DNA of 28,901 bases, taken from the NCBI GenBank assembly GCA_048213135.1, contig PS015245.1:84472-113372 (forward strand), in the 5' to 3' direction. Each line of letters starts with the position of its first letter. Positions within the stretch are counted from its first letter, which is position 1. This DNA comes from Reclinomonas americana ATCC 50394 (lineage: Eukaryota). The translations under genes were made by a program, and so were the position numbers. This document shows positions 1 through 10,765 of this stretch, piece by piece. The notes beneath the pieces were generated by a model. The model had not been told where the DNA came from. It did no database searches and was given only the letters and a program-made list of their open reading frames with translations.

Positions 1-1599
1 AACAAGGTGTAGACGATCGATGCTGCTCTCGTGAACCTGCGCTGCTTGACAATGGTGGGATCACCGCCGTCGAGGATCACGTAGCCGAGATTGTACTGCA
101 CAGGGTGACTGAGTACGCATTGCTCAGAGAGAGAGACAGGGTTCGTGAATCCGCACCTGCAGATTGTAATTCTTCGGGTTCGGGTCGGACCATCTGCGGG
201 GCAGGGAGTGAGCACGGGCAGGTGACACAGTAGTATGTCCCTCGCGTCACGTAACTGGCGCGCCGAGTTGTACAGGAAGAGATAATCGCCTGCGAATCAA
301 CCGGGGGTTAGGAACGTATGCGACAAGAAATGAAGCCTCAAACATTCACACCATTGCTGAGGCGCATAGGCGCAGGGCCGCTCTCCACCAGCGCCGAGTC
401 GAATGAGTCGCTTCGCGGCGCGATCAAGACGTGGCCAGTGTTGCTGTGCACGTGCTTCCGTGTCAGAGAAACCACACCAGATATTGCTCATACACCGGCG
501 GTGAGTGCTCACTTGTACGACTTGTAGTCGGTGGTGGTCGCCACCTGGATGCTCGTGTCGCCCCAGAACAACAGACCGCCGTTGGACTGCATCAGCAGCG
601 CCGCTGTACGTCGAAGGGACGAGCTCAGTCAGCAAGCAAAATCTCAAGACACCAGACAGATGCACAAACCAGACTTGGACCAGCCGCCATTGGGGAACAC
701 CAGACCCTCGAACGTCCACGGCTTCGATGTGCAACAGAAGAAGAGTCAAGGCACCACAAAGGAGAAGCAACAAGCGCATGAGGGAAGGAGGGGAACAGAG
801 GATATGGATCGGTGGCCGTCGCCAGCGCCAGTCGCGCAAAAAGACCGCCGTTGCCGTCGTTCACCACACTCGTGAAGAAGCAGTAGTACTTGCCGTCGTT
901 GGGGTTGTACACCTTCACGACACCACCATCAGTCACGAGCATCGCTGTGCACTTGACAAGGCACAAGACACGCAACCACTCGCGGATCCTCGGCACCGCC
1001 CGGCTGAAAGTCATTCGGACCCAGCACGACATCTTGCGCGCGTGTGGAACGACACGATCAGAGAGCACACAAAGACAGACAACAACGCACACCCCGTTGT
1101 CGCAACTGCTTCGCGACACTCGCTCATAAGACAGATCATTGGGGTCACTCGTGCGCACATACACAATGCTCGACGGTGTCACATCGTATGGCGAATGCTC
1201 GTTCTGTGTGAGGTTCTGCACGCGCACCAGCAGCGCATCGCCCAAGATCGCATCCTGCACAGTGATCGCAAGTGAACGAGGTGTCGGAGAAAAGCACAAT
1301 GCACACAAGAATGCACACACCTCCAGCAGCGCCACGTTGTAGTTGTACTGGTAGTCTGTGTGTGTGCGAGGGTTGAGCGAGTGACTTGCACGTGTGTGTA
1401 TGTGAGAGAGAGAGTGTGTGCATGCACCGCTGTTGGTGTGATCAATCACGGGTTGTGTTGACAGTCGCTTGAGTGTGACTTGTGGAGTGCCAGCGACAGA
1501 GGAAGAAGCGGAGGTGGGACCGCGCAGCAGAGGCGTCTCCATGGCTGCCACGACAAGCGCCAGTGCAATGCAGGCGACAACAAGACCGACTGTGCGCAT
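1..1599 (-). CDS. Secreted glycoside hydrolase family 130 / DUF377-type glycosidase (beta-mannosidase or mannoside phosphorylase-like), multi-exon, 3' end outside window
   Basis: ATG at 1599 with a signal-peptide-like start (MRTVGLVVACIALALVVAA). Manual splicing of about 10 introns gives GH130-type motifs: YNYNVAL, GAEDPRVVYNP..YYCFFT, WTFEGLVFPNGGWSKSA, LLFWGDTSI, FDSALVESGPAPMRLSNGDYLFLYNS, YNLGYVILDGGDPTIV. Confidence 0.8.
729..805 (-). other. U12-type (minor spliceosome) AT-AC intron, 77 nt
   Basis: On the minus strand the 5' end is ATATCCTC, a branch-point-like GCCTTGAC lies at 752-745 (A about 17 nt from the 3' end), and the 3' end is TTGCAC. Removing it joins ATATDP to SKPWTFEGLVFP in frame. 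Confidence 0.85.
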
Positions 1600-1673
1600 C
1601 TCCACTTTTGCAAGATCCGAACACGACGACAAGAAGGACAACCAAGGGCGGGGCGTTCACTCCTTCGCCGTCG

Positions 1674-4600
1674 TCAGTCGAGCTTCTGGGGCTGTGGCTC
1701 CTCCTTGTCTGAGGATAGCCTTTGTAATTGTGAAACGCAGCCGCCAAGAAGCGCAATGTACATGCCACCGCACGTGACGTGCAGGCTGGCCTTCAGTTCG
1801 AACCAGCAGGCGATGAAGAGGGCGCAGGAGAGCATTGCGTGCTCCGTGTGCCTCACGTGAGTCCCTGCATCGACGTGCAAGGGTGAGATTACTGGATGGG
1901 CAAGTGGCGTGCGAGAGACGCAACATGTGGCGGATGCGAGAAGGAGCCACACAATAATGGCTGCCGACGTCGACTCCATGATGCTGCCGTAGCCGGCAAA
2001 GGCCGAGGGCACGGCAAAGACGCCGCACAGGAACAGGAGATACGTCAGCTGCTCTGGACGCTTGTTGGGCAAGCTGCACAGCGGAGTATAAAGGGCACTG
2101 GCGGCCAGAAGGCTCCACATGGGGTGAAGCCACCAGAGCGCGACGAGCGTCACCGCACTGCAGACGAGAATGATCGACGACGGCGGTCGTCTGATCCACC
2201 TGTGCATAGCATCACCATGAGTACGTACACCACTTGTGATTTTCTTCGCCCATATGGCTCACCGAGTGAGCAGCTGCAGCAACCAAAACAGAGGCAGGAG
2301 GAGCGCCACATGCAACGCCAAGGCCGACGACACGGCCACGCCGGCCACCACCAAGGCCGCCAGCGGTTCCCGACTGCCGAACTCGTCCACGGTCGGCAGC
2401 AACGCGCAGACAACAGCCAGCGTGGCGACAAGTGACGACGATGGCAAGCGACCGTCAAAGAGAGTGCCGAAAAGGGCCAACAATGCCAGGCACTCAAACA
2501 CGTGCGCGAATGCCTGCATCAGTAGCTCACGCGACGAGTGCCACCAATCCACACCCATCTCCACCTACAGCATCCCACTCATGGTGAGGGAACAACAACT
2601 GCTGCAAAGGAGCTGCAAGCATTCCCACCGTCAGGTCACAACCGGGAGCGGAAATCAACGAGGCCCGGCATGTTCCGGGCCCTGGCGCCGTCCAGTAGCG
2701 CGGACGATGCGGGTTCTCACTCATGACCATCCACTGCCCGACCGCCACCGCATTCCACACGTGGTCGTCGGCTCCATCGCACTCCACACTTAGTGTCATG
2801 GCACGATGTGCCGTCATGTCGGCAGCCGGATCCGCCGGCATCTCGTCGTCAAATAATTGGGGTGGCGGCTCCAGATGCAGTGATCCGCACTGTGTGGCAT
2901 CTGCGCTATCGCCGACCACCACGCGAAAGGCGGGCACAAAGAGTGTCGTGGCCAGACCAGTGCGCTCAAATGTAAAATGGCGGATGGAGGACAACTCTGA
3001 GTGCAGGAGTGAGTGAGGCGAGGCAACAAAGCACCAAGCTCCTCCATCACCACCACTCACCCCTGTTTGGCCGCAAGCGCGCCTCGAAATGCGTGCGCGC
3101 CACATCATTGGCGAGTGTCGCCGGCACCTCCACAATCAACTGCGCACCGCCTTCCACCACGGGCGACACGTTGACGACGCCAAACAGCGTAGAATGCAAC
3201 GAGTCGCGTGCACCCGTCGATGGCAGCATGCCGGCTGCATGCAGTCGCTGCCGTCGCTCCGCAGACGGCGGAGGCGGAGCGTCCCACAATGGCATCACAG
3301 ATGACATGGGCTGCGACAGCGTGAGCGAACTGCAATCAGAGAACCAAATCCACCAGGCCTCACCATCCGCAGCATGTCGCCGCCGCTACTTACCGGCCAC
3401 GGACTGCGCAGATCCACAGACAGTTGCGGATTGTACTCGTTGAATTCGCGACGATAGGCGCTCGAGGTGTGAACCTCCAGCCACGGTCCACTGTTGTTGC
3501 ACAACAGTCAGCCCCACAATCTCCCTCCCTCCCTCTCTTTCTCACTCACCAGTGAGTCACATTCAGTGAGAATGCCAAGGGAACGGTGGCGGCGACGGAG
3601 GACTCGTCGGTCTCGAATCGCCACTGCGGCGTGCCCATGCGCACCCATCGGAACTCGCACTCGGTGGGATGCGCCGGGTGCGACAAGGGCATCATTCCGC
3701 GACTCCACAGACCGGGATTCAGTGGGATGCCATGGTTGGCGGCGGCCACCGACGCCAGTGAAACGCCACGCAAACTGTCGGTGGCGATCTTGGCCAGCCA
3801 CTCCACGTGCGTCACGCCAGTGTAGCCCTGCATGTCGTACAGCATGCGCGACAGCGTCGACACGATTTCCTTGCACCACACCAGGCACTGCGCACCAACG
3901 TCAGCAATTCATCGAGAGGAAGCAAGAGACGCGCCATCACTGACCCTGTGATCAGTTGGCATGCGGACGCCGCGCATCTGTGGCGACGACAGCGTCACGT
4001 GGCCGACATTGCTTGAGCGCCAGTCGACCTCAAAGTCACCAAAGCCACCACTCACGGCAATCACCAGCGGGTAGCTCGTTTCTCTGCATCGGCAAGTGAG
4101 TCGACAACTGGGTTCAGGGCATCGTCATCAGTCAAACGCACTTGGCAGCAATGCTGGCCAGCGACGGTAACGGCTGCAGATCGCCGTACAGATTCCACAT
4201 GGCGGCGCCAAGTGGCAACACGCTCCACCTGGTGCGTTCGTTCGGGAGCACACGCCACGTGGATGGTGAGAGACCTCACACCAGAAGTCAATTACAGGAA
4301 ACACACTCACCGGTGTGGAGTTCCCAACGTGATGAGCACCCGTACCGCAGCACGCACGGGACTATCGTGCAAGCGTTGCAGGGCCAAGCGTGCCACCAGG
4401 CCTCCCATGGAGTGCCCGACGAGATAGATCGGTCGTCCACCATGCACATGGTACAAGTACTGCAGGCACTCGACCTGCCGCCCCGCAAGCGTGTGAGTGA
4501 GCTCGTAACAGCAAAAAGGGTAAGGGAGAGACGGGGGGATGCCGACAGAACTGCATGCGCCACGTGGCTGTCGAGCACGGCACCGTGGATCGCGGAGAAC

Positions 4601-5256
4601 ACGTGTGCAAAGTCGATGGTGTACCACAACAGCGATGCACCGTTCTTGGCGGTCCACCCATCCTGTGCATCGCCACGCCACGCGAGCGTCAGCAACCAAC
4701 AGCAGAGTCGCGCGCGAGACATACAACTCTCGTCGCACCTTGGCACGGTGGCGCCACACGCGATCGGTCTCACTGCCGAGACTGCGGACCTGCTTGAAAT
4801 GACCAGCGTTGCCGTGAATGAACAAGACTGGATCGGAATCGCGTCGAAGCTGTGCAGCGAGGGCATGAGTACGTGCACCGCAGAAAGAGAGAGGCACCAT
4901 CACAGTGAATGCACCTCGGTGAGTGTCTCCGAGGAGGTGGTCTGCTGTTGCGGTCGATAGATCCACAGGCGGTAGTTGCGACGAGACAGCAATGCAGCCG
5001 CTTCCGCAGAATCACCACCCTCGCTGAGCCCACACTCGATGTAGTCTTGCCACATGTATGTCATGGTGCAGTCGGGTTGCAGACTGGCCTGTCGCGAGTG
5101 AGTTGCGTGTGCAAGACAAGTCGTGCATGACGACAAGAGACGCAACACTGTCGATGTGGGCGTCTGCACGTACACCACCCACAAGGCGACGAGAGAGAGG
5201 AACACTGCAGGCAGCATCAGCAGCACCAGGAACAGCCGCGACACGAGTCGCGGCAT
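1674..5256 (-). CDS. PGAP1: GPI inositol-deacylase (PGAP1/Bst1 family, alpha/beta-hydrolase), multi-exon
   Basis: N-terminal TM helix followed by CTMTYM, VLFIHGNAGHFKQVRSLGS, YTIDF, the nucleophile elbow LVGHSMGGLVAR, LITLGTPH, IAVSGGFGDFEV (catalytic Asp) and DHRCLVWC (catalytic His). The C-terminus has several hydrophobic helices and ends ...PQPQKLD* at 1674. GT-AG introns keep phase. Confidence 0.9.
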
Positions 5257-5346
5257 GGTTGCTTGCCCCTCCTCTCAGTGCCGGCCCACAAAACAAAGGA
5301 CGATTTTGATCGCGTCCTCGACTTCACACACTTCATTCTCCAACCA

Positions 5347-8300
5347 TCACCACTCGGGCGATGCGGAACGAGCTCGCATGCTTTGCACGCGTGGCTTGAT
5401 TGTCTCCCAGTCCGGCGGCAACGGTGTCGGTCGCGGCGTCTTGTCGAGCACGAACGGTGGACGGGCCTTCGCTCGTGCCTTGACGTGCGACGGCGACGCC
5501 TTGTAGCTCGTCTTTGGCAGTCGATCGGGGTGCCGATGCTGCTCAGGCTCCGGCTCCGGCAGCGGCAAGTCCTGCGCCACCACCAGCTTGTGGTACCGGT
5601 CGCGCAGATCCTTGCGCATCTCGGCAATCTCCTTTAGCATGCGCTCCTTTTGTTCGCGCGACTTGGGCAGGAAGAACTTCCACGCGTCCGGATTGGCCAG
5701 CATGAGCTCTGCGGAGTAGAGAGTAAGCACCGTCGTCTCTCTCTGCGCGTGTCAACAAGGGGCGATGAGTCGCAACTGCGCTGAATCTCGGCCGCCGACG
5801 TGTTCTTCGTGTCGAAGCTCGACAGCATCTCCTCGTACGACAACTCTTGCGACGGCTCGTTGGCCTTCTTGCCTTGCTGCACGTTGCGCAGGGCCATGGA
5901 CATGGCCAGCACCTGCACAGCCACCATGGTAAGCACACTGACAGCAACAATGCAGAGAGGAGACTAACTGAAAAACGCACATCAGGATGCGGCAAGTCAC
6001 CCGAGGCAATCTTCTTCCACCTCTCCAGCTCCTCATTCAGCCTCCTGTTACACGAATTAGCTGTCGGCAACACCAGCACGGTGACCACAGAACCTGTCAC
6101 TCACTTGCGTTCCTGCAACCACTCAATCTCGTCACGGCGCAAGCGCTCCAGCTCGGCCGGATTCACCGCCTTCAGCTTCTCCTCCAACTCGGCCGCCTTC
6201 ACCTGCGCCTTCTCCTGCATCGCTTGCAACTTGGCCAATTCGGTTTCACGCTGTCGACGCGTGGCCTCGACTTCANNNNNNNNNNNNNNNNNNNNNNNNN
6301 NNNNNNNNNNNNNNNNNNNNNNNNNNNNNNNNNNNNNNNNNNNNNNNNNNNNNNNNNNNNNNNNNNNNNNNNNNNNNNNNNNNNNNNNNNNNNNNNNNNN
6401 NNNNNNNNNNNNNNNNACACACACATGAGTGAGGAACTGCCTGTGAAGACTTGTGGAAACGGCAAAACACTCACCGTTCGCTGCTTCATCTTCAGTGAGC
6501 GGTACTCCAAATCGTGGAGCACAAACCCGTACAACTTGTGCACGTAGTCGTCGACCTTGGACGCCTCTGCCACACTGGCACGCGTAATCACTTGGCCATC
6601 ACGCGCCTCTCGCGCCGTCTGCGGTCGCTGTGGCAGTTTCCCAGTCGACTCGGAGCTGGGCGTCACCAAGTCAGTACGAAAGCAAATGTGTCGAGCAAAG
6701 ACATGAAAGCGAGTGCTCTCACCGACGGCGGAACGATCCCGGGCGAGCTGACATGGGTCGGCGTCCAGATGGTGGCGCGGGCGTTTGCAGTCGACCTGCA
6801 CACACCACACAAGGTGGTCAGCACATGATAGCAACACATTCTTAACAAATCGCCAGTGTAACTGAGAATGGATGCCGAGGAGCGACGAAGTGTGGATGCC
6901 GGTGGAGGAGCCTTGCCGCGCGCAGCAGTGGCGGCAGCCGGCTCGTTCCCGTGTTCGCTGGAGCTGCACGACCAGTTCTCCTCGCCGCCGCCACTTCTGC
7001 TGTCATCATCGTCGTCGCCCATTTCCAAACCGCTGCTGTCGTGCGTCAAGTCTGCCGCCTGCGGCTCGCCCGTCGCCCGACGACGGAGTGGCGATGGTGG
7101 CGGCACAGGTGACCGTCGGAACTGCTCCCACTTGGCCTTGAGGACCTGCATGCGTGCGCTTGCCGGCTCCTGATCGTGCACCACTGCCGTGGCCATGGTG
7201 TCGGCGGCAGTCGTGCTGGTGGCCGACGCCGACGACGGCTCAACGACCGACTTGTCGTCGTGTGCGGTGGCCGGACGGGGCGCCGAGGCCGGTCGCCGGA
7301 GCGCAGCACGACGACGAGACGATGCAGGCGCGGCGGCCGACTGCGGACNNNNNNNNNNNNNNNNNNNNACATCGGTGACACGGTGGAGAACGACGACGAG
7401 GTTGGCGAGAGGCCGAATGAACGTGCGGCCGACTGCGACATGCGCGTCAGCAGACTGCTGAGCGCGCGGCCCTTGGTGACGTGCACTGGCGTCGTCGGTT
7501 CAGGCGACGTATCCAGCGCCGATATTGTTGGTCTCCGTGTCATGCCTCCGCCCGTTGTTGTTGTCGTCGTTCCTGCCGTTGCCGTTGCTGCGGCTGTCGC
7601 CATCGCTGTTGTAGTGGTGGTCTTGCTGGTCTTGCTGGTCTTGCCGGTCGCAACGGCCGCAGCAGACCGGCCGTGCGTCTCGCTCGCAGCGGGCGGCTTG
7701 GGTTGCACCGGCGGCATTGGTGGCGCAGACAGCGGCCGCTCGCGCAGACCCTGCGCAAGAGCCGACAGTGCCGGCGCTCGGGTGGTCGGATCAATGGCCC
7801 TGGGTGGCGTCGCCAGTGGCTCGCGCCACGTGCGTCGAGTCCGCGAGGGAACCGAGGTGATGGGCGCGGTGGTGGGCGACGGTGGATGCGAGCTGGCCAA
7901 CTCAATCTCCCACGCAGCCGGCGCTTTGCGAGAGAATTGTGTGCTGGAGCGCAATCGCGTCCCCGGCCGAGTGCTGTCCACACGCGGCCCAACACTGCCG
8001 AGTGTACTCGCTGCGCGTCGGCGACCTCCAGCGGGCGGTGATCCACTGGGAGGAGCACTTGGTTCGACCTGCGGAGGCAGTTCTCCAGTCGGCGGTGAGA
8101 GTGCTGTTGTCGACGCCTGCCAGTGCACAGGCACGCTGCGGCTGTTCTCGAAGCTGTCGCTCTCCGGAACCACCACCGACAGGCCACTGCGGTGCCATGG
8201 GGCACCCTCGGCGGCTGGCGTCGGTCGCCGACCAGCACTGGGTGGTTTGGCGGAGGGTGGTCGCACGCCGCCACGACCCTCCACGGCCACCGTGTTGTCA

Positions 8301-10620
8301 CTCAGCTGCGAATCCACTGGCTCGCCAAAGCTCGTCTCGCTGTCGTCGTCGTGAATCATCTCCAGTGTTGCACTGTCGGCGGGCGATGCGGCCAGGTCTC
8401 GCATAGCGGCAGCGGCCGCGGCGACTGTTGTGCTCATGTCCTGCCCCGAGTTCCGCAGCAAGTGTCGCACAATCGGTGTCGAATCATTCGACAGCGCGTC
8501 ATCGCCACCGCCAGACTCCGAGTCCGTATACTCCTCCTCCGACAGCTCCTCGCCCTCGACACCGGCAAACGACTCTCTCCGAGGTGTCTCCTTCTTTGGT
8601 GGCGCCGGCGGCTTCTCCATGCCACCGCCGAGTGGATGCAGATGCGAGTAGTTGTGATAGTCGTTGATGATGCGCGAGTACACACGCTCGGCGTGCGCAC
8701 GCACTCGGGCCGTAAACTGCAAATCGGCCACGTGCCGATCTTGCCGCACTAGAATCGCGGTGCTGCCCTTGGCCGCACGCGGTTGCCGCAAGTGCGACCG
8801 CGCCGTGGCCACCACCTCGCGAGCACGACTTGTCGTCGAGTTGCCTCGCGCGCTGCGCTTCGGTTTCGGTGCCGACGGTGGTCTCGGTGTGGTTCCCCGT
8901 GCGGAAGCCGGTGCCGTGGCCGAGGTGACATCGCCATTTGACGCAGTCTGCGCAGAGTCGTGAGGGTGAGCAGCAATTCATGACAGGAAACAGGTGCCGA
9001 TGCGCACCTTGGATCGCGACGACAATTGCTGCTGTGTGGAACTGCGCGCCGACGCCGGTCGCCCCAGATTCGAGTAGTTGTGAACAAAGTGCGGCAGCTT
9101 GATCTCCATGCGCCGCTCCTGTGTGCGCTGGTGCGCCCACTTGTCGATCTGCGTCGGATTGACGCCGATCTGAATCGGAAAATCGGCCAGCACCGACATG
9201 GCGTCGTCCGACGATGAGACGCCTCCAGGACTGCTGACGGGCGACGGCGGAGCGTGCAGGCCGTCGCGTCGCATGCGAGCGTGCAAATCGCGGTTCGCTT
9301 GCGCCGTCACGGCACGAGTGCGATTGACGACCATGGCGAAACTGGCACTGCGCGCCAGCATGCCGTCGGACGCTTCCTCACCACCACTCCCGTGCTGTTG
9401 TTCCTCGTCGGCGTCACCCCACGTGATGCTGAGTGGTGTCAGCGGAGTGGTGATGCTCATGGCATCGGTGGGTTGCGACGGTGCTGGTGGATCACTGTCC
9501 AGGTAGTGAAACGTGGAGTTGGTGTAGCCGTGCAGCTGCGACATGGTGCGAATGAGTGGCCGACCCGGATTGCTGTCGTCGATCCACGCAAAATCCTGAA
9601 TCGAGGTCAAGTAGATCTGTGCATCGCAGGCATCGATCAGCACACTGGCATCGATCGCTTACTCAGTCACTCAAAGTTGCCCAACCTTGCCATCGAACGC
9701 GGCGACAAACTCGCACTCCAATCGCACCAGATCCACATCATGGGCGCGTCGCACAAAGTCAACAATGCGCAGCGTCTGTGACCGCAAGTCGACAAACGTG
9801 GCATCGTCGTCACGCATGGGCTCCCATCGCGGCACGCCACCTCGTCGCTTGTTACCCACGCCACTTCCGAGCCCGCCCGTCACATCCCACCACTCCTCCA
9901 CCTCGGTCTTCTCGCCACGCACTCGAAAGTACTGATCGTCAATCTCCTCACGCTCATACGCCGTCACATACCGATGCACTCCACTCACATATCGCTGCAC
10001 CGTCAGCGACAACACCGTATTCTCTGGTCGCCGCGATCCCATCAGATGCGAGTGCTCCAGCCCATCAATCAGCTCATGAAACGGTTCACCAAGCAGCAGA
10101 CTCGGTCGGCAGTGATCTAACACACCGCGTGGCACATGAGACACAGAGGTAAAGACACTGAAACGACCTGCGCACGCACGCACCCTTGCGAAGAGCGGCA
10201 ATGAGTTTCCGCGAATTTCCCGACTGTGTCAACGCCTGCTTCACAAACTCCCTGTTGACGCTGGAGACCACCAGCGCAGACGCGCGATGACGCATCACAT
10301 GACCACGCTGCTTGCACACGCAGATCAATACACGATCATAAAGAGAGGCAATATTAACACACGCAACTTTCGAGGTAAAGAACCAGGCCACCAGCTGCCC
10401 ATCGCGAAACACCGCCGTGTCTGGAACGTTGATCGACAGACGCGCGTCCCCGTTCTGCTCTCATACACGTACATGGAGGCAAAGAGTGAGCAGAGAGAGA
10501 GAGAGAGAAGAGTAAAGAGAAGAAAGAAAGCGCAACGTTGACGAGGAGAAAGGCAAAGTTGGTCGAGTCAGCGCGTGCCACTGGATCGTGCGAGTCCAGT
10601 CGCGGAGGACGCACACTCAT
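5347..10620 (-). CDS. Large uncharacterised multi-exon protein: ATP-grasp-like N-terminal domain, long Ser/Pro/Arg-rich disordered middle, C-terminal coiled coil; possibly cilium/basal-body associated
   Basis: ATG at 10620 (MSVRPPRLD). Spliced exons give NVPDTAVFRDGQLVAWFFTSK...LTVQRYV...LRIVDFVRRAHDVDLVRLECEFVAAFDGKIYLTSIQDF. Long exons correspond to ORFs 8978-9643, 7046-8815 and 6663-7196. Coiled coil ETELAKLQAMQEKAQVKAAELEEKLK; stop after SPEW at 5347. The model crosses two N-gaps, so a single gene is inferred rather than shown. Confidence 0.65.
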
Positions 10621-10765
10621 TCCGGTGTGTCTGTCTCGCACGCGTCGAGTGTGTCCGTAGTCGTTGATTGGGACAGTTCCGGCACGATGACGTCACTTTG
10701 GTCACGCACACAAACACTTCGAAGCGCGCGTGGGAGAGAGCGCACGCACTCAAAACACAGCGGCC
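10621..10765. promoter_or_regulatory. Putative 145-bp bidirectional promoter with a CRE-like palindrome and an inverted CCAAT box
   Basis: Lies between head-to-head ATGs at 10620(-) and 10766(+). TGACGTCA at 10688-10695 sits nearly centrally and ATTGG is at 10667-10671. Confidence 0.5.
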
